Assembly: GCA_027028845.1 (NCBI GenBank)
Contig: JALVHV010000144.1
Coordinates: forward strand, 1-54,070
DNA: 54,070 bases
Direction: 5' to 3'
DNA from: Pyrodictiaceae archaeon
GTDB taxonomy: Archaea; Thermoproteota; Thermoprotei_A; Sulfolobales; Pyrodictiaceae
Position 1 is the stretch's first letter, and each line of letters begins with the position of its first letter. The notes beneath the pieces were generated by a model. That model ran no database searches and had not been told where the DNA came from. It saw only the letters and a program-made list of their open reading frames with translations. Shown here in pieces: positions 9,104 to 17,209 of this stretch. The translations under genes were made by a program, and so were the position numbers.

Positions 9104-10731
9104 TCATTACTCTTCTTGCCCCGGTATAGAATCTTATACTTCTTACTATGTCGTAGCCATTTTTCCTTCTCCCTCAGCGTCGACACATGGATATCTAGTG
9201 GGTGATGGTGTTTTAGAATACCTTTTTCCCGAAGCTCGTGCACGAGCCTCTTTACTTCATCCTCGGCTATCTTGGTCTCAGACACAACGAGTATATCAAC
9301 GTCATGGGCGACGTGGAGTTCTCCTCGAGCAACACTACCAACTAGGTAGACCTCTATTGCTTTTAACCTACTGACTATGTGCTTGATAACCCTTGGGAGC
9401 CATTTATCCCAGTTAGCTATTGCCTCTTCTCGTGCCCTCAGGTTTTCATCAATGTATCTTTCGAGCTTTCTGTGCGTAATAGCCCTATAGGTATATTCTA
9501 TTATGAACGACATAGCTACTATTGCTGCGAACAAGGCTACTTGGAAAGGACTAGTTATGATTGTTCTATAGGTCATTATTGTCAAGGCGATAAATGCTAG
9601 AGCAGCTCCTAGGAGCGTTAATACTGGATTGGCCCTTATCTTCTTCCTTAACTTGTACGCGGCTAGGTTTACGAAGCCAAATACTAGGAGGAAGCCCCCG
9701 CTACCAGCGAATGATATTGCCTCGAGCCCCTCTGTGTTAACAAGGATAAGGGATAGTAGAGATATAGCTATAAGACCCTCCGGGGCATTACGCCATATTT
9801 TCTTACCAAGCTCCCTCGGTAGTTGACCATACTTTGCGACAATGTAGCTAATGCCAGCGGTGCCGTACAGCGTAGCGTTGATAGCTGACGCTGTCGAGGC
9901 AAGAGCAGCAGCGACTACTAGGAGGAATCCCGCAGAGCCAAGGCCCTTTGCAGCGACCTCTGCTAACGCATAGTCCCTTACACGTATCACCTCCTCGGGG
10001 CTTAGCACCCCCGCTGAAACCAAAGCTATGATCACATACACGGTGATAACGACGAGCACTGACGCATAGAACGCTTTTGGCAAGACCCTGGGAGACTCGA
10101 CATCGGCTGCCGCGTTCGCTATTAGCTCGAAGCCCTCGTATGCCAGGAATATTATCAAGCCACCAACCAGTATGTTCAGCGACGAGGGCCAGTAACTCGG
10201 CGAGAACTTTGCCCACTCCACAAGTGGCAGTCCTATCGCCACTACTAGTACTAGTACGCTTAGCTTGAAGAAGACAAGAGCGTCCTCAACACTCCCGCTC
10301 ACGTAGGCACCAAAGGCATTAACAATAGTAAATACAAGTATTACTAGGCTCGCGAGAATATGTGATACAACCCAGCCACCATGAACGGTGCTCGCACCAT
10401 AGCTTCCAAAAGCATAAGCATACAACGATATCATTACAACATAGCTGGCAAGTAAGAGCACGTTTAACCCGCCCGAGAGAATCCCCGTGCCGAAACCCTG
10501 CACAAGGAACTCAACAGTACCACCACGACTAGGAAAACGCAAAGAAAGCTTAGCATAAGAATATGCTGTTACTAGAGCTATGATGCCTGCCAAGAGAAAG
10601 GCTACCGGGGCAGCAGCCCCAGCAAGCTCTAGGCTAAGACCTAGAACCGCGAAGATCCCGCCACCAATCATGCCCCCGACTCCAATGCTAAAGGCTTCAC
10701 GAAACCCTATCCTTCTCTCAACCTGCACCAT
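9100..10731 (-). CDS. APC-family amino acid permease fused to a C-terminal minimal nucleotidyltransferase (MNT) domain
   Basis: GGMIGGGIF and FLAYEGFE APC motifs, about 12 TMs; C-terminus VYLVGSVARG...HDVDILVV...LDIHV. Start placed at ATG 10731 behind GAGGGAG. Confidence 0.88.
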   Translation of the reverse strand: MVQVERRIGFREAFSIGVGGMIGGGIFAVLGLSLELAGAAAPVAFLLAGIIALVTAYSYAKLSLRFPSRGGTVEFLVQGFGTGILSGGLNVLLLASYVVMISLYAYAFGSYGASTVHGGWVVSHILASLVILVFTIVNAFGAYVSGSVEDALVFFKLSVLVLVVAIGLPLVEWAKFSPSYWPSSLNILVGGLIIFLAYEGFELIANAAADVESPRVLPKAFYASVLVVITVYVIIALVSAGVLSPEEVIRVRDYALAEVAAKGLGSAGFLLVVAAALASTASAINATLYGTAGISYIVAKYGQLPRELGKKIWRNAPEGLIAISLLSLILVNTEGLEAISFAGSGGFLLVFGFVNLAAYKLRKKIRANPVLTLLGAALAFIALTIMTYRTIITSPFQVALFAAIVAMSFIIEYTYRAITHRKLERYIDENLRAREEAIANWDKWLPRVIKHIVSRLKAIEVYLVGSVARGELHVAHDVDILVVSETKIAEDEVKRLVHELREKGILKHHHPLDIHVSTLREKEKWLRHSKKYKILYRGKKSNE

Positions 10732-10880
10732 GGCTCCCTCAAGAGACTGCAATCATAGAAGAAATCTATGAGAGAGGCTAGCAGTACAGTATACTACTTA
10801 AGCGTTATGAATAGCAGCCAAGAGGAGATATGCACCAGGAGGATTTAAGTTAAATGAGCAAAACGTAGTAATTGAGTTGT

Positions 10881-10968
10881 TGGTGCGGGGGGTGGGATTT
10901 GAACCCACGCAGGCCTACGCCAGCGGGTCCTCAGCCCGCCCCCTTTGACCTGGCTCGGGCACCCCCGC
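10881..10968 (-). tRNA. tRNA-Leu(GAG)
   Basis: GCGGGGG acceptor, GCGGG-CT-GAG-GA-CCCGC anticodon arm, variable arm, GTTCAAATC, encoded CCA. Confidence 0.97.
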
Positions 10969-11030
10969 ACCCGTGCCCATGTATTGTCTTTAGACTAGGG
11001 ATAGGGGAGGAGTTTTTGTAGCTTAAGGTG

Positions 11031-11157
11031 TGGCGCCGGGGGCGGGATTTGAACCCGCGCGCCCCTTGCGGGGCAGTGGGTCTCCCGCTACCAACTGGGG
11101 AGCCGGAAAATACCCTGGTCTCGAGCCCACCGCCTTGGACCGCTCGGCCACCCCGGC
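11031..11157 (-). tRNA. tRNA-Ser(CGA) with 38-nt intron at 37/38 (11082-11119)
   Basis: GTGGG-CT-CGA-G[intron]A-CCCAC; central helix CTCG/CGGG with an AG^A bulge (relaxed BHB); long variable arm; GCCA end. Confidence 0.93.
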
Positions 11158-11260
11158 GCCCAGAGGGTATTTCGCCATTATAGTAACGTGTTGTACTGTT
11201 TTGCTCACTTATTTTTTACTCGGCAAAGAGGGATGGTGGTTATTCGTGTTTACAGGTAGG

Positions 11261-12181
11261 CTAGACGGGGACATATACGGGGTTCTCATCTGTAGCGTGA
11301 TCCTTTATCGTTTCTAGTAACTCCCTTATTGGTTTTGGCAGACTGAACATCCATGTATGGGTTTCCTCGTCGTAGAAGCGTAGACTAGTTCCTATTCTCT
11401 CTCTTAGCCGCTTGGCAACCTCCTCTCTGCTAAGATCCTTAGGGCTTAGCTTATCCGAGCCCGTAACGAACCCCCAGAGCCCATTATAGCTTCTAACGTA
11501 TGTTACGTACGGTGTGGCTATCTTGAATACCCTGGCTATACTATTTCTTACGACAGCGTAGACGCGGGGCGTTAGTGTAGGCGAGGTTGCCTGAGTAACC
11601 ATGATACCCTCTCCCCTCAGCACCTCTCTTACTTTCTCATAGAACTCAACTGTATAGAGTTTGGTAGCAGGGCCACCTTCAGTGGGATCCACTAGATCCA
11701 GGATTACCACGTCAAAGTACTCGCCACGCCTAGCAGCATTAGTTATGTATTCCCGGCCATCCCCTATTACGAGCCTAACCCGCTCATCATTGAAGGAGCC
11801 CTGGTGCCATTCTCCTAGATGCTTCTTAGCGAACTCGATAACATCCTTATCTATATCAACCATGACTACTTCTTCAACACTCCTATGTCTTAACACCTCG
11901 CGTATCGTAGCCCCCTCACCGCCTCCCAGTACAAGTACTCTCCGTGGCCTTGGATGCGTTATCATAACTGGGTGAACAAGGGCCTCATGATACCAGTGCT
12001 CGTCGAGGAGACTACTCTGAACCTTACCATCAATTACAAGTGACTTACCAAGACCACTAAGCTCCGCGACCATAACCTCCTGGAACCTAGTACGCTTCTC
12101 TGCTAAAACGCTCACTATTTCGCGGAAACAGCCCTCTCCCTCACTAATCCACTCAACTACAAGCTTCCAAGGCAGCTTCAT
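11261..12181 (-). CDS. speE: Polyamine aminopropyltransferase (spermidine synthase)
   Basis: IDGKVQ, YHEALVHP, VLVLGGGEG, VDID, FDVVILDLVDP; start at ATG 12181 behind GGAGAGG. Confidence 0.93.
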   Translation of the reverse strand: MKLPWKLVVEWISEGEGCFREIVSVLAEKRTRFQEVMVAELSGLGKSLVIDGKVQSSLLDEHWYHEALVHPVMITHPRPRRVLVLGGGEGATIREVLRHRSVEEVVMVDIDKDVIEFAKKHLGEWHQGSFNDERVRLVIGDGREYITNAARRGEYFDVVILDLVDPTEGGPATKLYTVEFYEKVREVLRGEGIMVTQATSPTLTPRVYAVVRNSIARVFKIATPYVTYVRSYNGLWGFVTGSDKLSPKDLSREEVAKRLRERIGTSLRFYDEETHTWMFSLPKPIRELLETIKDHATDENPVYVPV

Positions 12182-12265
12182 TGCCAATAACGACCTCTCC
12201 ACAAAAACTACGAAAACCCAAAGAAGGGGGTTAAAATGAGCCAAGCCCCGTCACTGATAACGAGA

Positions 12266-12329
12266 GTGGCTCGGACGCGCGGGTTCTCTTCATCCTTTAT
12301 CAGACGGTGGATCACTCCGCACAGCCCAC
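12266..12329 (-). ncRNA. Candidate box C/D guide sRNA with variant C box (tRNA-Ser-complementary guides)
   Basis: Minus strand: GTGCGGA (variant C), guide GTGATCCACCGT, D' CTGA, C' ATGAAGA, guide GAACCCGCGCGT, D CCGA, short terminal stem; upstream TTTATAA near 12380. Confidence 0.5.
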
Positions 12330-12482
12330 ATACTCCATACAATAACTCCAAGAACAATTATACGAAGGAGATATATGTTATAAAGAAGCAAGAGGAAGTG
12401 ATGAATTCGACATAACTTCTTGACCGTAAAGGATTTACTCTAGTAAGCTAGAGAACCTAAGCACTATATCATGGAGAGTGCT

Positions 12483-12560
12483 GGGCCCGTCGTCTAGCCT
12501 GGTTAGGACGCCGCCCTCACACGGCGGAGGTCCGGGGTTCAAATCCCCGCGGGCCCACCA
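12483..12560 (+). tRNA. tRNA-Val(CAC)
   Basis: GGGCCCG acceptor, CCGCC-CT-CAC-AC-GGCGG, GTTCAAATC, CCA. Confidence 0.97.
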
Positions 12561-12700
12561 TTCCTTTCTAAGTAATTCCTACATGCCTCGTCCTTGGAGG
12601 AAATGTTCTGGGCACAAAGCATATATAGGGTCTTCGCGGCAAAAGCGCCTCTGGCCGAATCCTTGCCTAGAAGGAGGCCAAGAAGAGAATCGGGGGAACA

Positions 12701-13000
12701 GTGTTGAAGTTCTGCCCGCGATGCGGCGGTTTAATGATACCAGTAGGCAAGCAAGGGGACAAGATTATACTCAAGTGTACACGGTGCGGCTACGTGGAAG
12801 TTGTTGATGGTAAACAGCTTAAGGATTATACGCTAAAGGAGGAGACTCCTGCCGAGGAGCGGACAATAACAACGCTGAAAGTTAGTGAAGCTAAGAAGAA
12901 GCCGCCTAAGTCGCTCGAGGAGTGGGAGCAGGAGCGAGAAGAGTACCGAGAAGTATTGCAGGAACTGCTACAAGAAGAGCTCGAAGGCGGCGAGGAATAA
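12701..13000 (+). CDS. TFS/RpoM-like zinc-ribbon protein lacking the C-terminal catalytic ribbon
   Basis: FCPRCGGLM...LKCTRCGY N-terminal ribbon; acidic helical tail instead of a second CxxC ribbon. Confidence 0.8.
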   Translation: MLKFCPRCGGLMIPVGKQGDKIILKCTRCGYVEVVDGKQLKDYTLKEETPAEERTITTLKVSEAKKKPPKSLEEWEQEREEYREVLQELLQEELEGGEE

Positions 13001-13130
13001 CATAATGACAATGTAGTAGATGCGTGCACGCAGTTACTCATGTTACTAGCTAGGTAGTACTCGGCTTTCTGCCTATTTTGATAAAGACTTTAGACCCGTA
13101 TTCCTAGTAGTAATAGTTAATGGTGTTGGT

Positions 13131-13218
13131 GCGGGGGTGCCCGAGCCAGGTCGAAGGGGGCGGGCTTAAGACCCGCTGGCGTAGGCCGGCGTGGGTTCAA
13201 ATCCCACCCCCCGCACCA
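13131..13218 (+). tRNA. tRNA-Leu(TAA)
   Basis: GCGGG-CT-TAA-GA-CCCGC, variable arm, CCA. Confidence 0.97.
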
Positions 13219-13400
13219 TCCTCTTCCCTGTAGTTCTCGCATCTTGGGCTGGAGAGGCTTGCGTTAAGAACGCTGAATGTAGACTTGTCGATAACTGCTT
13301 AACACAAGAATATCATCAATACTGGTGCTGGGATAAAATTACTAAAAAAGTCTGTTATGTTGTTTTAGGTACTGGTTTATCATTGTACTTTTGTACTTTC

Positions 13401-13955
13401 CTAGTCTAGGTGTTCTCTTAGTATTTTCGTGGCTTCGTCGTAGAGTTGTGGTGGTTCTAAGCCTTTTAGCTCCTCTAGTTTCTTTGCTAGCTCCTCTTCT
13501 CTCAACGCGGTTCTTAGCCATGTTGTGAGGTACCCTGTTCGCAGAACGTAGCTAAGTTCTTCTGGCTCTACGAGGCCATAGACTACTGTGGCTGCTAGTT
13601 GGCGCTTGTTCTTAATCCTTAGTGGTACTACTGAGCCCTTGACTAGGAAGTAGAAGGGCTCTATGAGCTGCTCGCTGGGCTTAGGTGTCACCACCTCCTC
13701 TACTGGTTGTTCCTCGCTTGGCTTCTCCGCCTCAGCTGCCTCTGTTCCAAGGAGTTGTAGTGCTTTCTCAGTTATCTTTGCAACCGAGCCTACTCGCTCT
13801 ACGAGGCCGCTGCGCTCTAGCTCTGCTAAGTACTTCCTAACAGTTGATGAGCGAAGCCCCACGGTGGTTGCTATTGTCTGTATATCTGCTTCTTTTTTCT
13901 CGGCCAGGAGCTCCAGGATCCGCTTCTTTGACTCGGTTAGGTTCTCTAGGCTCAA
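13401..13955 (-). CDS. Winged-helix DNA-binding protein with DUF5752-like C-terminal domain
   Basis: wHTH (ILELL...IATTVGLRSSTVRKYLAELERSGLV), acidic linker, then PFYF...WLRTALREEELAKKL. Confidence 0.75.
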   Translation of the reverse strand: MSLENLTESKKRILELLAEKKEADIQTIATTVGLRSSTVRKYLAELERSGLVERVGSVAKITEKALQLLGTEAAEAEKPSEEQPVEEVVTPKPSEQLIEPFYFLVKGSVVPLRIKNKRQLAATVVYGLVEPEELSYVLRTGYLTTWLRTALREEELAKKLEELKGLEPPQLYDEATKILREHLD

Positions 13956-14035
13956 GGGAGGATACCCACTCTCTTTCCTTCCACTTACTCTCTCTAGCAG
14001 CAGAGATCTAGTTTAAAGATAATACGCCTCGAGCA

Positions 14036-15451
14036 CTATGCGCACTCGGCGTCTAGCCTTATCGTGGCTACTACGGGGCCTTGCCTAGTAAAGACTATTG
14101 CCTCGCCAGGTCTTAGGGACGAGGCTATTTCACTTAGCTCTCTAACACCTATAATGTGGCTAAGGAATTCCTTGTCCTTCTCTCCTATCATTCTATGGAT
14201 TATCAGCGTGTTTAGATTAGTTTGTGCAACCACTGGTAGGAGAGATGGTGTATGAGTTACTATTATTAGTCCTAGTTTATACTTCCTGGCCTCCTGCAAC
14301 ATTACAGGAACAATATCCAGGTCGAGAAGGTTATGGGCCTCCTCAATAACGACTACAAGTCCCGGCGAAGCAGCGTGTCCTAGCTTTGAGAAATAGAGCC
14401 CGTAGAGGAGGAAGTATGCGTAAAGCCTCCTAGCTCTAAGGGAACGAATAGACGATAAGTCAACAACTACTACTCCTCCCGGATCCCTTATCGTGTCCGG
14501 GAATGAGTCATAGACTTTGAAAAGATCCTCGTACCCACTCGTTATGAATATCTGTATTCTACGGATAAGCGCGGACCAAATCTCCCTCTCAGAACGCGTT
14601 ATCTGTGCCGAGACCTCCTCATAGGCGCTGAGAAGTAGTGTGTAGAGATCGCGGAGGCTACTTCCCAGGCCAAGAGGGTTTCGCTCAAAGAGCTTGCTAA
14701 GGGTATTAAACATAGTTGAGCCGAGCGCATTCTCGGTACGTTTAAGCTCCTCGGGCGTTAGTACACCTGAGACTAGCGCTAGCAAAAGAGAGAGTATCGA
14801 TGTCTGAAATGGGCTGAGATTAAGCACATGCTCAAGAATATCTATTGAGACCTCTAAGGGCATATTAGTATTCACTAAAGGCAGACTTGGTGCTGAGGGA
14901 TAGCTTAGTAGCTTATACTCAACGCCTATCTCTCTGAGCAACCGTGCATATTCCCCGTGCCAGTCTAGAACTAGGATACCTAGTCCTTTACTCGATAAGC
15001 AGCGAGCTAGTCTAGCGGCTGTATGAGTCTTACCGGAACCCGTTGATCCAAGAACCCATATATGTCGCCAGACATCATCAATCTCTATGCAAAGCCTCTT
15101 CGATCCAACAAAGCCAAGCACAAAACACTCGCCACCCGGGGGCTCAACTAGACCCGTATCAAGAAACCCGGCCTCGGATAGCGGTAACGGCATCACGTTA
15201 TCCGATACACAGTCCTGCGGTTTCTTCGCCTCTTCTATGACAAGCCCCGGGGCTTCGAGAAGAGCCACCGAGGAGTCATTGTTCACAACTATGTAGGAGT
15301 AGCATACTCCCCTCCTACATTCATAAACATATCTAGCACCAAGCTTATCCAGTAGTTTGTAATAGCTATCTACTACGCTATAGAAGCTACGCGAGTACTG
15401 CCTTACGCAAAGAACTCTCCGACGACGCAGCTGATGCTGTATTAGCCTCAC
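14036..15451 (-). CDS. HerA/FtsK-superfamily (DUF87) ATPase
   Basis: RHIWVLGSTGSGKT, LDWHGEY, VVVIEEAH, EARKYKLGLIIVTH. Confidence 0.85.
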   Translation of the reverse strand: MRLIQHQLRRRRVLCVRQYSRSFYSVVDSYYKLLDKLGARYVYECRRGVCYSYIVVNNDSSVALLEAPGLVIEEAKKPQDCVSDNVMPLPLSEAGFLDTGLVEPPGGECFVLGFVGSKRLCIEIDDVWRHIWVLGSTGSGKTHTAARLARCLSSKGLGILVLDWHGEYARLLREIGVEYKLLSYPSAPSLPLVNTNMPLEVSIDILEHVLNLSPFQTSILSLLLALVSGVLTPEELKRTENALGSTMFNTLSKLFERNPLGLGSSLRDLYTLLLSAYEEVSAQITRSEREIWSALIRRIQIFITSGYEDLFKVYDSFPDTIRDPGGVVVVDLSSIRSLRARRLYAYFLLYGLYFSKLGHAASPGLVVVIEEAHNLLDLDIVPVMLQEARKYKLGLIIVTHTPSLLPVVAQTNLNTLIIHRMIGEKDKEFLSHIIGVRELSEIASSLRPGEAIVFTRQGPVVATIRLDAECA

Positions 15452-15584
15452 TAGGTACCCCGGCTAAGGAATCGCCCTTGATAATGATAGAGAGATAGGA
15501 GTAACTAAGCCGAGAACTCAGCACCGATAATTGAAGCTAGCTCTAGATAAATCTCAGCGTGTGAGGCGGTAAGGGAAGAAGGTT

Positions 15585-15663
15585 TGGTGCGGCGGCCGGG
15601 ATTTGAACCCGGGATCACCGGCTTGGAAGGCCGGCGTCCTAGTCCAGGCTAGACGACCGCCGC
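15585..15663 (-). tRNA. tRNA-Gly(TCC)
   Basis: GCGGCGG acceptor, CCGGC-CT-TCC-AA-GCCGG, CCA. Confidence 0.97.
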
Positions 15664-15720
15664 TCCTCAAGCCCAATTACGAAGTCTTATACTCCCCTCC
15701 CAGGGGTATATTTGCCTTGG

Positions 15721-15787
15721 TGGTGCTGAGAAGAGGGTCTCTTGACCATCCCGGACGGGATGAAGATAGCCGGAAAAGCTGAGACCA
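15721..15787 (+). ncRNA. Candidate box C/D guide sRNA with variant C box (guide complementary to tRNA-Ser intron)
   Basis: C GTGCTGA 15723, 12-nt guide, D' TTGA 15742, hairpin CATCCC/GGGATG, C' ATGAAGA 15760, guide TAGCCGGAAAAG, D CTGA 15779, TGGT/ACCA ends. Confidence 0.55.
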
Positions 15788-15850
15788 GTATGGTCTTGTA
15801 AGCGGCAAGTCTTAAGAAGGGGAACCTATATCGCTGTAATCTTCACGGGT

Positions 15851-15925
15851 GCCGCCGTAGCTCAGCGGGAGAGCGCCCGGCTGAAGACCGGGCGGTCCGG
15901 GGTTCGAATCCCCGCGGCGGCACCA
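15851..15925 (+). tRNA. tRNA-Phe(GAA)
   Basis: GCCGCCG acceptor, CCCGG-CT-GAA-GA-CCGGG, GTTCGAATC, CCA. Confidence 0.97.
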
Positions 15926-16040
15926 AAGCATGCATATATCAAACTCGTTCTTCTCATATTCATAGTCTCATTCGGAGAGGATACAATGTAAGAAGAGTAT
16001 ATCTAGGAATGGCAGGGAAACGCTATTATAGGTAGGAATA

Positions 16041-16115
16041 AAGCTGCTGTGATGAGGACTTGCCCATTCGAGCCCCTAGGGGGCATTGACGCCTACCGTG
16101 GCGGCTGAGCAGCTT
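16041..16115 (+). ncRNA. Box C/D guide sRNA, predicted to target 16S rRNA helix 18
   Basis: 7-bp terminal stem AAGCTGC/GCAGCTT, C GTGATGA 16049, D CTGA 16105, internal GCCCC/GGGGC hairpin; TACCGTGGCGG is complementary (one G-U) to the conserved 16S CCGCCGCGGTA. Confidence 0.82.
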
Positions 16116-16176
16116 CACTTATAGAGGGGGTCTGCATAGGCTTCTCCGCGGGATGTGGGTAGCGAGGTGGTATGGG

Positions 16177-16626
16177 CTGAGCGAGCAACAATATAGATAC
16201 ATTGTTAGGATTGCGGGTACAGATATACCCGGTGATTTAAAGGTTCCATATGGCCTGGCCTTAATCAAGGGTGTTGGGGTAAACCTAGCCCTCACTCTCT
16301 GCCGCTTACTAGGAATAGACCCGAACAAGCGCATAGGATTCCTAACAGATGCCGAGGTAGAGAAGATAGAGAGTGCTCTCTCAAACCCTCTCGCTGTCGG
16401 CGTTCCTACGTGGATGCTCAATAGGAGGAAGGACTACGAGACTGGCAAGGACCTACACCTAATAGGAGCCGATCTCATATACTATGTGCGCCGCGACATA
16501 GAGAGGGAGAAGAGGATAAAGAGCTGGAGAGGTATACGCCACGCACTAGGCCTCAAGGTACGTGGGCAGAGAACAGCCACAACTGGTCGCCTGGGTATGA
16601 CGATAGGAGTGAAGAGAAGGAGGTAA
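16177..16626 (+). CDS. rps13: 30S ribosomal protein S13 (uS13); probable CTG start
   Basis: YIVRIAGTDI...SWRGIRHALGLKVRGQRT; GAGGTG RBS precedes CTG-AGC-GAG at 16177. The track start at 16153 has no clear RBS. Confidence 0.95.
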   Translation: MSEQQYRYIVRIAGTDIPGDLKVPYGLALIKGVGVNLALTLCRLLGIDPNKRIGFLTDAEVEKIESALSNPLAVGVPTWMLNRRKDYETGKDLHLIGADLIYYVRRDIEREKRIKSWRGIRHALGLKVRGQRTATTGRLGMTIGVKRRR

Positions 16627-16645
16627 GAAGGGTAGGTGATAAGCT

Positions 16646-17188
16646 GTGGGTGATCCTAAGAAGCCCCGAAAGACGTGGGTTGGTCCCAAGCATCCATGGA
16701 TAAAGGAGCGCCTAGTAAAAGAAATAGAGCTTGTAGGAAAGTATGGGCTTCGCAACAAGAGGGAGCTCTGGAAACTGGAGACGCTTGCACGCTACTTTAG
16801 GCACCGTGCCCGCCGCCTACTAGCCCTCTCACCCGAGGCTAGGGAGAAACAGGCAAAATTCCTCCTAGCCAAGCTCCACGAGCTAGGAGTCCTCCCCGAG
16901 AATGCTACCCTAGACGACGTCCTAGGCCTAACAGCTGAGCACTTCCTCGAGAGAAGATTACAAACAATAGTTTACCGCAAAGGACTTGCCCGCTCAATCT
17001 ACGAGGCCCGCCAACTAATAGTCCATGGCCACATAGCGATAGCTGGGAGACGGATACGTAGCCCAGGCTACCTCGTCAAAAGACATGAAGAAGACTTGAT
17101 AGATTATGCACCTACTAGTCCACTAAGAGCGCGTCTCACAGAATCCGAGACAACCACTCCCGAGCAACAAACTCCGGAGCAAGGCTAG
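16646..17188 (+). CDS. rps4: 30S ribosomal protein S4 (uS4)
   Basis: [37 protein letters not shown]. Confidence 0.97.
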   Translation: MGDPKKPRKTWVGPKHPWIKERLVKEIELVGKYGLRNKRELWKLETLARYFRHRARRLLALSPEAREKQAKFLLAKLHELGVLPENATLDDVLGLTAEHFLERRLQTIVYRKGLARSIYEARQLIVHGHIAIAGRRIRSPGYLVKRHEEDLIDYAPTSPLRARLTESETTTPEQQTPEQG

Positions 17189-17209
17189 CTCCATGAGAGG
17201 TGAGCCTGC

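Noticed and set aside
11023-11317. ORFs overlapping tRNA-Ser (similarly 12478-12807 and 13191-13409)
   Set aside because: Spurious frames across tRNA genes.
12399-12460. GTGATGA box-C-like motif upstream of tRNA-Val
   Set aside because: AT-rich spacer, no convincing C' or D box, no terminal stem.
13021-13032. Perfect 12-bp palindrome TGCGTGCACGCA
   Set aside because: Single isolated copy with no supporting context; a few such palindromes are expected by chance in 54 kb.
10881-13218. Near-identical 88-bp inverted repeats flanking about 2.2 kb
   Set aside because: They are two complete tRNA-Leu isoacceptors with different anticodons; no recombinase or att site is present.
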